Origin: Sphyrna mokarran
Lineage: Eukaryota
Length of the DNA stretch: 64,000 nt
NCBI GenBank assembly: GCA_024679065.1
Contig: JAGIQG010000005.1
Location: 102,486,001-102,550,000 of the forward strand
Reading direction: 5' to 3'
This document shows positions 50,435 to 63,788 of the stretch, in pieces. The stretch's first letter is position 1. Every line of letters begins with the position of its first letter. Under the pieces are notes generated by a model that was not told where the DNA came from, ran no database searches, and was given only the letters and a program-made list of their open reading frames with translations. The position numbers and the translations under genes are program-made.

Positions 50435-52399
50435 CGGGTCCCTGTCACTATATTAAACTGTTTTTCTAAAAAAACCGGCAGTACCAATTTAATAAGGCTG
50501 GGGACAGACTATTGCTTGATCTTTGAGGGCTGATGTTTCAGGATCTGCAGTCGTCAATATGAGTTTCCCCTATTGTATAGGGCTAGTTCTAGTCTTCCAG
50601 ATCTGCTAAATCTGATGTTGCATGCCACAAAATACAAGGAACTGGAAATGCTGTGCTGCTTCATTGCCATTCAAAAGTACTCCTTGGAGACACTGTTGAA
50701 GGTATAAAATGAACAATGAGCTGAGCCTCCAAGTTGCCCTTTTCATCCCTGATTTCTTTCTGAACATTCTGTAGCATGCATCCAATACTAGCATCAGATG
50801 GGATGGGGGCAGAAAGGTCTAACGCTGTGATTACTTTCCTTGTCATGCTATGCCTCTGGGGTCCTACTGAGCTGGGTGTCACCAAGTCTAACACAGCAGG
50901 TTCACTGAAGTTGTAAACAATGTGACCATTAGCATCTGATCAGGCAGCTCCAGGTCTATGTGGTTTAGATGGGAAGTTGATCGTCCAAGGCCTGGCTGCA
51001 TGAATACAGTCTGTTCCAGCTTGACAGTTTGCAAATTGCACAGTCCGGCTAGGTTTAAACTTGGCTTCCACGTTTTGAGCTTTTAGCCATGCTCTTGAAC
51101 AATATCAATAATCCTGGAGGGTCATGGGTCACTTGATCAGAATCCACTTTACTGTCTAACCCTTATATTTGATTCATTCGTCAATCTTAAAAACCTGTCT
51201 AAATTATCCTCGAGTATAGTCATTTTTGGGGAGGATTCCAAATAGTAATGGCTTTCAGAGAAAAAAAATTATTGCTCATCGCAATCAAAATTAAAGACCG
51301 CTTGTTTTAAACAAGTCCTAATCTGCTTTTAAAAATCTGATACATGTAGGTAAAGGAAATGCAGGCCTGTAGGATTTTGCCACATTATCCACATTTGGCA
51401 TTACCATTACCATTAACTAACGTGGACTCCAATTCAAACCAGTGAATTGATGGATTCCAAACTAATTAATCCACTATCAATAGAATAAAACATCAACGTA
51501 TGTAATTTACATTTTTCTTCCTTTGTGAACGCCGAGGGAGAGTGATCAAATCAAAAAAAAGGAAGTCAAGTTTCACAAGTGAAAAGAAAGCACTCTTTGC
51601 ATTATCAGAATGGTATGTATGAGCATTGGGTTAACCTTAAAGGGTGTAGCTTTATGTATATTAACATGTACATGTAGTAACTAAGCTGACTTTTACTGCC
51701 ATTGATGGCGATCCTGTTGGTAGTGGATATAATCCTTTTGCTCTCAATTCAACCCTTTTTTTGCTAGGTACCAAAACTTAAAGCTGTAAGTTGATTTTGA
51801 AATGTTAATGAGGCAATGATCTTGCTTGAACGGAACATGGTTTGATGAGTAAACATTACAATTTTGTAGCTTAATTTTAACCAATAATTCCTTTCTTTGA
51901 GAGTGATGGGCGTCAATAAGTTTACCCATGCACTTTTAGAATGGCTAATGTTGCTAACTTAAAATTAGTATTTTATAGCTTTTAGTCTACGAAGTCAGAG
52001 AAAACTTAAATATGAAAACATAGCATGTATGCTTGCCTGTTTAAAATCATATGTTGTAATTCATAGGGTAGTTATGAACTCACTACCACTGTCCCACAGT
52101 AAACAAATCAACATATAGGTCATTCCATGTCAAAACCCCAGTGAGCAAGATGGAACACTAAACAATAAAGCCCTACTTCTCATCTAGAATTATTAACTTT
52201 ACACAAATATCAGGTTTGCCCAAAAAGTCCTTGCTCTTTCGATTATGGTGCCATCAGTTAAAAAGAAACAAGGAACATATGGAACCAATAAAATTAATGA
52301 GTATTAATCCAAAAATTTTTTTATTTGTTAACTATTATGTTTGAGTGGTATGGCTAACTACAAGATATAAGGGTTCTTAAAAATGTGGCAAGCCACTCA

Positions 52400-52795
52400 T
52401 TTTAGAACATATTATGTAATTTTATGGAATGTAAATTTGATGGAAGCAGCCATGATCATGAAGATTCTGGATAGGATAGGGAGTGGCTGTTTCCACGTGT
52501 GAAAAGGTTGAGAATAAGGGGACTCAGATTTAAGGTAATTGATAAAATCAGCAAAAGCGACATGAGAAAAAGCTTTCTCATGCAACAAGTGGTTAAAATC
52601 CAGAATTGCTACCTGAAAGTGTGGTGGAGGCAGTTTCAGTTTAAGCATTCAAAAGAAAATTAGACTGTTACCTGAAAAGGAAGAATGTACAGGGTTATGG
52701 GAAGATGATGGGGAAATAGCCCTGATGGGAGCCAGTGCAGACATGATAGGCCAAATGGCCTTCTTCTGCACTGTCAAAACTCTGTGATTTTGCCA
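52400..52795 (+). mobile_element. Old CR1 3' end
   Basis: aaggggactcagatttaaggtaattg...tttctcatgcaacaagtggtt...ggccaaatggccttcttctgcactgt. Confidence 0.75.
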
Positions 52796-52876
52796 TATTG
52801 TTTGCAAAGTTAACTTATGAACATTTTCCTTCAACCTTCATGGACATGGAATTCTTGCTTTAATGCCCTAAATGTC

Positions 52877-52970
52877 AAACACTGTAAGAAGTCTGACAAC
52901 AGGTTTAAATCCAACCGATTTATTTGATAGCAAACTTACAAGCTTTCGACCCTATGGTCTTTGTCAGGTG
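52877..52970 (-). mobile_element. Penelope pseudo-LTR fragment (family A) with hammerhead-like core
   Basis: Homologous to the 19815-19869 arm (aaatccaaccgatttatttgatag). The minus strand reads ctgacaa-a-gacc-atag-ggtc-gaaa-gctt. Confidence 0.7.
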
Positions 52971-53259
52971 ACCATATTTGTATTAAGCAAAACTTAAAAT
53001 TTGAGAAATTAACAAATAACCAGTAATTTGTGATAAAACACACAACCTGTGCTGTGAACTGACAAGTTGCAAGACGATTTCCATGGTTTTCCTCGTAGTT
53101 TTATGAAAAATGAGCTATGCTTCAACTTCAATGTAGCTTTCAAGAATTGCTATATTTGTGCTGTTGAAACAAATGAAGTTTGCTGCAATGAGTTAGGTTG
53201 GCACTAAACGATACAAGGTCACTTCATTACGAGCACTGTTCTTCTGCAATATCACTCAG

Positions 53260-53937
53260 TGGATGGAATTTAATGCCTTCTCAGAGGTGACTTTGGAGAT
53301 GGACAGGGGTGATTTGATTTGGCAATGTGCTCTGGGGTGGAAATCCCAATTCCTTTTCAACTCCCCCTGATCAAACTCCAGATAGCCTTCGCAGCCAGAG
53401 GTTAATTGAGGCTCTCAACATCACTCAAGAGTCTTAACCTGATATTGTTGGGTGGGAAAATGTCATCTGGGAAGACTGCCCAATAAACTCTGTAGAAGTG
53501 ATGGATGGGGGCCTTTGTCCTCTCAAAACACATGCTTGATGGAGGACCTGTCAGTGGAAAAGGTGAGCCTGTGGAATGCTCCTATCCTGTCCTTGCTTTT
53601 GACACCCCTCCCCATCTGACATTCACTTTCCCTATCTCCCCCATTCTGCCCACGCTCATGTCTCTCTGGGATCCATCAGTGAAAGGCTGTGCATAATATT
53701 TAAAGTGGTTACCATTTCCAGTGGTGCTGTTGATACTGGAGAACTATCAGCAGCCTTGCAAGGTAGAATTTCCATTTTGCTCAGAACTTTATTTTACAGG
53801 AGGTTCAACACTACTCAGTTAAGTGCCCAATTGCCTCGGAATCGTGTTAGGGCTTCAAGAGAAAACCATTACTGCATTTCCACTGAATTTCAAGCAATTG
53901 GGCAGGACCCCCATCACCAACATTAAATTTTGCCCAA
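53260..53937. mobile_element. MITE-like element
   Basis: Inverted ends tggatggaatttaatg / cattaaattttgccca. The same left end occurs at about 23058. Confidence 0.55.
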
Positions 53938-54189
53938 TCTGACCCAGAGAGAATAATTAAAATTGTTGAGTTGTGTTCTAACAGTACTAAAGTGTTCCTA
54001 AAGGATTTTAAAACATTTAGAAAATGTACTAAATATCAATATTTCTATGTGCAACCTAATTTTTATCTTCCTCTTTATTTTTCTTGATGTATTTAACTTG
54101 ACTTGAACCAAAATTAAGTACTCAGAAACTAGCGTTATTAGGTTTAAAATGACGGAAATCTGAGGAGGTAAAAGCAAAACCCATCGCCA

Positions 54190-54730
54190 GCAAAATCCAA
54201 GGCACAATCAAGAATAATTCCAAGCTTTTTCCAATAATAGAACCCTGCCATCTGTCCAAAAAGGCACTCAGCCTACCACACAATTGAGCAACATTGTGTA
54301 TGAATTTCAGCACTGGTGTAATGCCAGGTACATCAACTGTAGATCTCAACAACTGACTAATCAAATCAAATATGTTTCTCCAGCTGTTCATAATAGGCAC
54401 AGTGCAGACTGTACTCAACCAGGTCACACTGCAAAACGCAAAACAAAAGCAACCACTGTTAGAAGTGATTCTGCAATTAGGGAGCATTTACTGAACAATC
54501 CTGAGTGCGCTAATAGTTACACTAATTGTTAAATTAAGATAATCACTTGAGTTCATAATGTGGCTCATTTACATTTGCTGGAAATATGTTCAGGCCTTGA
54601 TTTTTTTTTTGAATGACTAGGAAGCTTGGGAAGCCTATACTTTCCTATTGTTTTCTCCATGGTAATGCCTTGGTTAATCAGAGTTGACTTGCTAACCAAT
54701 CAGCAATCTATTCTCCTGTAGAATGAACTG
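54190..54730 (+). mobile_element. Penelope-like element GIY-YIG endonuclease relic
   Basis: SNIVYEFQHWCNARYINCRSQQLTNQIK...DSAIREHLLNNPECA is a decayed version of VVY..C.C...YVG.T...L..RI..H...SAI..HL. Confidence 0.8.
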
Positions 54731-55738
54731 CTTTAATCAAAAATCTTGGCAATGTGGCTCTCCTTTCAGTAAAATTCTAAAATTCTTAAAATACGTCTTG
54801 GTATTAATTTTAGCTAATATTTTGTTGCAATAAATTTACTTTCTAGAGGGTTTTTCCTCCAATGTTTTTAGTTTTAAAAAATATTTCAATTAAATAAAAA
54901 CTGAACCATAATGGCAGGTGGAACATTGGTGATTGGGAAGTTTTAATATTATAGAATATAAAATTTGCTTCCATCCGCATTCCTATTCAGGCAAGTGTAA
55001 AGTGAGCCCTTGACAAAAATGTAACAAGAAAATTGTAAATATAAAAGTAAAGGGTAAGAAAGTACCATTTTCCAAACTGGGAGAGATCTTTGGGGAATTT
55101 TAAACTTAAGTAAGAAACAGTTAATGAACTTCAATAATTTGAAGGTAAACTTTTCTAAAATGAACTTCAATTGTACAAAACCTCTGGCTGGCTTTGAAAA
55201 CGTGTCTTTTCAAATGACACAATATAATGCATATTTAGTAGAAGAACTTTAAAAAAGTTATTTATCAAATGTACTGCTGATAAACTTTATGGTCCATAAT
55301 CACAAAAAAATTAATTTTATATAAATTAATGTTATAACAAATGATCCAAGTATTTATCTATTTGAATATTCAACCAATAATAACATTTGTGATATTTCTG
55401 CATTGTATTTGTTATCTTTACAAGTAAATTAATAATTTGTATCTCGCACATTACATTTTTGTTCTAGTTTGACGCTCCAAGTTCAAGTTCTATACTATAC
55501 AAGAGAAAGTAGGGGCTCTCCACCTACAAGGTAACAAGCTTAGGTTCTCCACAGCACATCACCACACGTCTGAACAATGTACTTTCGAACAAATTGTTTC
55601 TTTTTTTCACAACATATATAAACAAGGATTTAAATCCCAAGTTGATCTGCGAAAACATGTAAAAACAATTATCAAAGTAAAAAATTGTTATATTTAATTA
55701 TATAGGGAATAATTGTTAGTGAATGATCTATCATTCAA

Positions 55739-55994
55739 GAAAAAAAACAAAATACTGCTGATGTTGGAATCTGAAACAAAAACAGAAAATGCTGGAAATT
55801 CTCAGCAGGTCTGACAACATCTGTGAGGAGAGAATAGAATCAATGTTTTGAGTCTAGATGGCTATTCAACAGAGCTGAAAGCGAGCTCTCGGTTGTTTCT
55901 CTTTGCTCTCAGCTCTGACAAACTATCATCTAGAATCAAAATGTTGACCCTATTCTCTCCCCACAGCTTGAAGCTTTCCAGCATTTTGCGTTTT
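55739..55994. mobile_element. Penelope-derived fold-back element (family B) with 15-bp TSD
   Basis: tgatctatcattcaa at 55724-55738 and 55995-56009. Imperfect inverted arms, each with a decayed ctgaNNa...caaaa core. Confidence 0.8.
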
Positions 55995-56044
55995 TGATCT
56001 ATCATTCAATCTCATTAGGAAATGCAAATGATAAAGCTTGTGTG

Positions 56045-56450
56045 GTCATAGGGACATAGGTCTTAAGAGCAGATGTAGGCAAATTCAGCCCCTCGAACCT
56101 GCTCCACTACCATTCAATTAGATCATGGCTGATCTCTCTCTGGGCTCAAATCCACCTCCCCATCTATTTCCCAGCTCTCTCTTTTTATTAGAAATATATC
56201 TACCTCCCTTTGGAACCATTTAATAATTCAGACTCCACAACACTTTGGGGCAGCAAGTTCCACAAAAAGTAGCTCAATCTCAATTTGAAATCTAGTGCCT
56301 TGCAACCTATACTTATGACCTCTTCTACTAAATTGCTACATTAGAGAAAACATTTGATCCATATTTATGTTATCAATCTCTTAAAATTTTATATGCATTG
56401 ATCAGATCCCCCTTATCCTTCTAAATTCCAGCAAATACAAACTGTTTAAT
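56045..56450 (-). mobile_element. CR1 3' end
   Basis: cataggtcttaagagcagatgtaggcaaattcagcccctcgaacctgctcc...atcagatcccccttatccttctaaattcc. Confidence 0.75.
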
Positions 56451-57071
56451 CTGAAATTTAAGATGTCAGTTTTGTGTTCACATTGATTTATTTATTACAT
56501 GATAGACTGTGGAGGTCACAGGGCAGACTTAGTATATTATATATTTTTTCTCTACCAGTGATTAGCAACGTGGCATATATTATTCAATTTGGGTTATGGG
56601 TGATGGAACTACACATCTATTGAGTAATTTTCCATGAAACAGACTTCGACTATAATCAGCAGATATACTGTTTGTGTTTTTGGTTTATGGAAAACCATGG
56701 GTTAGCATTGTGCAATTCAGCACTGGGAAACATCAAACAACAAAAACGTCTCCAAGTTTGCCTAAATTTATGTGACACATTTCTGCACTAAAGAATCCTA
56801 GGCAGATTGGAGAAAGGGGAGGCAAGCAGAGGGTGGGTTGGGGACTGGGAAAAACACAAATAGAATTGCAAATGGTACATTGTTTAATAGGTCTACAAAT
56901 ACAAAACTGGCAGTTGCTTGAATTAAGAGGAAGTATTCTTTATATTGTGATTCATTTCAATTAAGCTGTAATAAACACAGATTATCAATTTACATACTCA
57001 AAGGCAGAGTAATAAAAAGTTAAAAATAAATTTTTCTAAGCTCTCCAAACTAGCTCTTCTTTAATTTAGAA

Positions 57072-57131
57072 TATCAGCACAACATTGAGGGCCAAAAGGC
57101 CTGTACTGTATTATACTGTTCTATCTTCTAT
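57072..57131 (+). mobile_element. CR1 extreme 3' tail fragment
   Basis: cagcacaacattgagggccaaaaggcctgtactgtattatactgttctatcttcta. Confidence 0.7.
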
Positions 57132-57198
57132 ATAAACATAACACAGCCAGACAAGAAACCTTGAATCACAGAAGCAGATCTCTTCATACAGTAGAAAT

Positions 57199-60100
57199 TA
57201 GAACATAGAAAAACTACAGCATAAAGAGGCTCTTTGGTCCACAAGTTGTGCCAGTAATATTGTTACCTACTAGACTTACCTATAACCCTCAATCCTATTA
57301 AGTCCATGAACTCATCCAGAAGTCTCTTAAAAGACCCTATTGAATTTGCCTCCACCACCACCGACAGTAGCGGATTCCACTCACCCACCACCCTCTGAGT
57401 GACAAACTTACCCCTGACATCTCCTCTGTACTACTTCCCATCACCTTAAAACTGTGTCCTCTTGTAGCAACCATTTCAGCCCTGGGAAAAAGCCTCTGAG
57501 AATCCACCCAATCAATACTTCTCAATATCTTATACACCTCTATCAGGTCACCTCTTATCCTTCGTCTCTTCAAGGAGAAAAGACCGAGCTCCCTCAACCT
57601 ATTCTCATAAGGCATACCACTCAATCCAGGCAACATCCTTGTAAATCTCCTCTGCACCTTTTCAATAACTTCCACATCCCTCCAGTAATGAGGCGACCAG
57701 AACTCAGCACAGTACTCCAAATGGGGTCTAGACTAGGGTCTTATAAAGCTGCAGCATTGTCTTTCGACTCCTAAACTCAATCCTTAGACTGATGAAAGTC
57801 AGAACACCATACAGCTTCTTCATCACATCCTCTACCTGTGAGGCCAATTTGAGACACCCCAAGGTCCTTCTGATCTTCTACACTGCTAAGAGTTTTACCC
57901 TTGATATTATATTCCTTCATCCCATCTGACCTGCCAAGATGGACCACTACACATGTATCAGGGTTGAAGTCCATCTGCTATTTCTCCACCCAGTCTTGCA
58001 TTCTATCTATATCATGTTGCAACTTCTGACTTCCCTCCAAACTATCCACAACACAACCAACATTTGTGTCATTGGCAAACTCCACCCATCCCTCCACTTC
58101 CTCATCCAGGTCATTTATGAAAATTACAAACAGCAAGGGTCCCAGAACAGATTCCTGGGGCACTCCACTTGTGACCGACTTCCATGCAGAAAAAGACCCA
58201 TGTACAACCAGTTCTGGATCCACAAGGCAACAGCCACTTGGATCCCATGACCTCTCACTTTCTCAAGGAATCTTGCATGGGGGACCATATCGAATGCCTT
58301 ACTAAAGTCCATATAAACTACATTTACCACTCTTCTTTGTCAATGTGTTTAGTCACATTTTCAAAGAACTCAATCAGGCTCGTAAGGCATGATCTGCCTT
58401 TGACAAAGCTATGCTGACTACTTTTGAGCATACTAAGCTTCTCTGAATGTTCATAAATCCTGTCCCTCAGGATCTTCTCCATCAACTTACCAACCATTGA
58501 GGTTAGACTCACCGGTTAGTAATTTCCTGGGCTATCCCTATTCCCTTTCTTGAATATAGGAACCACAATCTGCAGTCCCCCAATTATCCGGAACCTCTCC
58601 CATCTCCATCAATGATGCAAAGATCATCGTCAGAGGCTCTGCATTCTCTTCCTTCGCCTCTCACAGTAACGTGGAGTACATCTCATCTGGTCCTGGTGAC
58701 TTATCTATTTTGATGCTATTCAAAAGTTCCAACACATTCTCCTTTTTAATGCCCACATACTCAGTCTTTTCAGTCCACCACAAGCCTGCAGTACAATCAC
58801 CCAGATCATTTCCCACTGTGAATACCGAGGTAAAGTATTCATTAAGCACCTCTGCTATTTCTACTGGTTTCGTACAAACTTTCCCACCTTCACGTTTTAT
58901 AGGACTTATTTCTTCACATCTCATCCTTTTACTTTTCGCATATTTGTAGAACGCTTAGGGTTCTCCTTAATCTTACCAGCCAAAGCTTTTTCATGACCCT
59001 TTCTGGCTCTCCTAATTTCCTTCTCAAGTTCCTTCCTACAAGCCATATACTCCTCTAGATCCCTAACATCACCTAGCTCTCTGAACCTATTGTACACAGT
59101 TCTTTTTGACTCGGTTTGTTACAGCTTTCGTGCACCACGGTTCCCATAACCTACCAAAACTTCCCTGTCTCATCAGAATGTTGTCATGCAGAACTCCAGA
59201 CAAACATTCCTTGAAAATCTGCCACCTTACTTTGGTACTTTTCCCCAAGAATACCTCCTTCCCATATACTCATCTAATTTCCTGCCTGATGGCTTCATAT
59301 TTCCCCTTACTCCAGATAAACACTTTCCTAGCTTCCCTGTCCCTATCTCTTTCCAAAGTAGCATAAAGGAGATAGAGTTATGATCACTATCCCCAAGATG
59401 CTCTCCCACCAAGAGATCCCACACCTGTCCAGGTTCATTAGCCAATACCAGATCAAGTACAGCCGCTCCTCTTGTAGGCTTATCCACATACTGTATCAGG
59501 AAACCCTCCTGAACACACCTAACAAACTCTTCTCCATCCAAATCCCTTACCCTAGAAATATTCCAATCAATGTTTGGGAAATTGAAGTCTCCCATCACAA
59601 CTCTGTTATTACTATATCTCTCCAGCATCTGTTTTCCTATCTGCTCCTCAAGATCCCTGTTACTATTGGGCGGCCTATAGCAAACACCCAATAAAGTTAT
59701 CGACCCCTTCCTGTTCCGAAGTTCCACCCACAAAGACTCTGTAGACAATCCTTCCACGGCGTCCACCTCCTCTACCGCTGTGACACTATCCCTGATCAAC
59801 AGTGCCACTCCCCCACCTCTGTTGCCTCCCTCCCTATCCCTTCTGAAACCCGGCACCTGAAGTATCCAGTCCTGTGCCTGAGACATCCAAGTCTCTGTAA
59901 TGGCCATCACATCACAATTCCAAGCAGCAATCCACGCTCTAAGCTCATCCACTTTATTCACTACACTCCGGGCGTTAAAATAGACACATCTCAAACCTTC
60001 GGTCTGAGCGCTCCCCTTCTCCATCACTTGTCTGTCCTCCCTCTTACACTGTCAACAATCCTTCTCTACTTGCGAGCTAACCTCCTCGCTTCCAGTCGCC

Positions 60101-60543
60101 TCATCTCGATTCCCTTCCTCCAAGCTTTTAGTTTAAAGTCCCCCCAGTAGCTTTAGCCGACCTTCCCACCAGGATATTGGTTCCCCCTGGGACTCAAGTA
60201 CCACCTGTCTTTTTTGTACAGGTCATACCTGCCCCTAAAGAAGTCCCAATGATCCAGGAACCTGAACTCATTTTAGAGCATGTTTAGTCCCTCAGCCACA
60301 CATTCATCCTCCACCTCATTCCTGCTCTCACTTTCCTGTGGCAACAATCCTGAGATTACTACCTTTGCGTTCCTCCTTCTCAACTGTCTACCTAATTCCC
60401 TATATTCTCTTTTTTCTCTTCCTACTTATGTCAGCGATACCAATATATACCACAACCTCTGGCTCCTCTCCCTCCCACTTCAGGATTTCTGGGATGCAAC
60501 CAGAGACATTCCGGATCCTGGCATCAGGGAGGCAAACTACCAT
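57199..60543 (-). mobile_element. Long decayed CR1 LINE: ORF1 esterase part, ORF2 AP-endonuclease and RT, tail
   Basis: ORF1 VVCLPDARIRNVS...EGEEPEVVVYIG (SGNH esterase). Endonuclease YFNARS, AITETW, GGGVAL, YRPPNS, MGDFN, LDLVL, DSDHN. RT DFSKAFD, GVPQESVLGP. Multiple frameshifts. tagaacatagaa tail. Confidence 0.95.
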
Positions 60544-60697
60544 ATAAGAAAAATTAATTGACCAAATTTTCAGTGCCGAACTTGAATAGACTAATTTATT
60601 TAAAAAAATGCAAATAACTGAGAAAATTATATTCCACATTCTTCTAAAACTATCTGCAGTGTTTGACATTGCTTAACATCTGTTGTAGGGATTTTTT

Positions 60698-61007
60698 AAA
60701 AAATTCATACAAGGGGCATGGGCATCACTGGCTGGCCAGCATTTATTGCTCATCCTAGTTGCCCTTGTTCAGAGGGTAGTTGAGTCACATATAGGCCAGA
60801 CCAAGTAAGAATGGCAGATTTCTTCCTCCAAAAGACATTAGTGAACCAGATAAATGGTTTCATGGTTATCAGTAGATCCTTAATGACATATTTTTTATTG
60901 AATTCAAATTCTATCATCCGCAATAGTGGAATTCAAATCCAAGCCTTCAGAACATAATTGAATTTCTGGATCAACAGTCTGGCGATAATATCACTAGGCC
61001 ATCGCCT
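60698..61007 (-). mobile_element. tRNA-derived SINE sharing the 3' tail of the 9362-10340 LINE family
   Basis: The reverse complement starts ggcgatggcctagtgatattatcgccagact and ends caactaggatgagcaataaatgctggccagccagtgatgcccatg. Confidence 0.75.
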
Positions 61008-61039
61008 TTTGAAATCTAGTATTAAAGATGTTAAGGCAG

Positions 61040-62240
61040 AACATTTAGAAAAATTCAATGCAATGTGGTTTTGTGAAAGGGAAGTCATGTTTATTCAATT
61101 GACTGGAGCTCTTTAAAGAAGTCATGTGTTGTGGATAAAGGAACCAATGGATGATACTGTATTTAGATTTTTCGGAAGGCATTTCATAAGATGCCACATC
61201 AAAGATTGTTGCAGAAAATATAAACTTTTCATATCGGTGGTAATACATTGGCATGAATAGAAGATTTGCTAGCTAACAGAAAACAGATAGTAGCCATAAA
61301 TGGTATTTTTCTGGTTGTTGATGTAATGAGTGATATGTCACAGGAATCAACGCTATCCCTTCAACTTTAGATCATTTGTATAAATGGATGAAGAGGGTTA
61401 AGGTATTATTGCTAAATTGACTGATAATACAGATATATGTGGAAAAGTAAATTGTGAAGAAGACACAGGAGATAACAAGGAAATATAGACAAAGATTTAG
61501 GAAATGGAATATACAATGGGAAAATGTTCATTTTGATAGGAAAATATAAAAAAAATCTAAATATAGTGAGAAGTTGCAGGACTTGAGGTTCAACAGGATC
61601 TGGGTGCCCTAATGCATGAATTGCAAAAGGTTAGCATACAGGTACAACAAATAATTAGGCAAATTAATGGAATGTTACTTTATTGCAAAGAGAATGGAAT
61701 TCAGAAGTAGAAAAGTTATGCATCACTTATATTGGGCTGGTGAAATTATTGGCCACATCTGGCATACTGTATATAATTTTCTTTTTTTTAGGAAGGCTGT
61801 ACAGACATTAGTAGTAGTGCAGAGAAAATTTACTAAAAGAATAGGAGGGTTATCTTTTGAGGAAAAATTAGACATGGTTTGTAAAGACATAGAGTTTAAA
61901 AGAGCAAGAGGTAACTTGATTGAAAAAAGATCCTGAAAAGTCCCGACAGGGACAATTTAAAGAGGATGTTTTCTCTTGTGGAAAAATATAGAACGAGGGG
62001 TTACTGTTTAAAAATAAGGGGCCCATAGTTTTAAGACAGATGAAAAGAATTTTCTTTGGAACTCTCTTCCTCAAAAGGCAGTGGAAGCTGAATCTTTGAA
62101 TGTTTTCCAGGAGGAAGCAGATAGATTCTTGATAAACAATGGTAGGCAGGAGATTACAGCAATTTCAGATATGATCTTATTTGAAAGGTGTAGAGGTTTT
62201 GAACAGCCAAGTAGCCTACTTCTAGTTTATATGTTCGTAC
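61040..62240 (+). mobile_element. Old CR1 RT to tail
   Basis: ggttttgtgaaagggaagtcatgt (GF.KGKSC), gtatttagattttcggaaggcattt, gctaaattgactgataatac, and MEFRSRKVM...VQRKFTKRI. Confidence 0.8.
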
Positions 62241-63605
62241 TATACTCACAATATTTGTTATTCACTAGTTTTTCAAACTACATCAGAAAACAAAGCATGC
62301 TATATCTGATGTTACACCCCATTGTTCTTTTGGGCTTGAACTACTCATTAGAGGTTGAGAGGCTGATACCCCTAGTGGAGACTCTAGAACAAGAGGGTAT
62401 AGTTTCAAGATAAGGGATCAATAATTTATAATAGAGACAATAAAGAATCAGCCTGTATATAACAAGTGACAATGGCTTGTATTTGGCAAGCATAATGAAA
62501 CTAGTAATAAATATTTTAACACAATCAGCCATACTTCAGTAGTGATTAAACATGCTTTAAAAATTGGCGAATCAACATTCAATTCAAAGATGTTCTTGAT
62601 TTCCCATTTTACTTGTGTTATTTCAATGAAGATCTACCACTGTACAAAGTACTACAAAGTGAAACAAAATACTTCTTATAATTTTTACCATGTGCTTTTC
62701 TAAAGCTTGTAGGGCAAGAACAAGTTCTGAAGGGATAGCAAATCTCAGATGGTCATGAAATTGATAGGCAGCATTGCCTAGGAACGAGAATTTACGCAAT
62801 TGCCACTGCAATCAATTTAGCAGGCAGTGAAACATTTACGTCTATTTAACATAAGCCAATATTCTTCAAACATTTTGCATGTAACACTGAGAAAAGGTTT
62901 ATTGAATTCCTCCAAAGCAATGCAAATACCTTAACATTGTGTAAAACAAAAGCTAAGACATGAAAAGTAGCAAAATCATTAGCTAACAGTATTACTCAAA
63001 AATCTGCAGCACCTCTTTCATAATTTTGAAGATGAAAGATACAATGCCAGTTTTAGATGACCACAAAATTATAAAACAAATATTCTTGGTAATGCAAAAG
63101 GAAGGAATCTACAAAAAGGAATACTTTCTGTATAAAAAGCACTATCATCATTCTACCACAATATTTCCATAACATATTCATCAGTTAAATTGATGCAATA
63201 ATTTCAGGGTTGTAGGGATAGAGAATAATAAATATGGGTCCCAAGTTGTCCAATCTTAGTCACGTCACTTGATTTTTTTCTCCATACGATGGCACATAAA
63301 TCAGAAGTACAGATCTTTTAACAGCTAATTCTAGAATAGTACTGAAAGAGAACTGGGAAAAAAAAACAGCCAGTGACCATTCTTCCAAATTCCTAAATTA
63401 GACACTGAAATTCTTGAGAAAAACAATCACCATATTTTCTTGAATAATCTCAGTTATTTTTAGATTCAGTGGTGTTCAGGTCAGTCACAGGAATGAGTCA
63501 AACAACATACGGTCTGCATCACATGAATGATTTTGGTGTGTTATAATTGTTCCAATGATAGTTACGTTCTGTGGCAGAAAAAAATTATATCCCAAAATGT
63601 TTTTT

Positions 63606-63611
63606 TTTATT
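63606..63611 (-). terminator. Candidate polyadenylation signal (AATAAA) for ERICH1
   Basis: tttatt on the + strand about 180 nt downstream of the TGA. AT-rich context, so it could be chance. Confidence 0.3.
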
Positions 63612-63788
63612 AAACAAGCTGCATGATACTGTAAAATATTTTCAAATGTCAAAGAGATACCCTTTATAATGGTCTCACCAGTCTAAAAGACAAATTAAAA
63701 AATGGACAGCAGGAGGTTGGAATTGTATGCCTCAACAAAATAAACATTTTCTAAAGCAAGTGGGCAAAATTATGCTTTCAACACAAGA

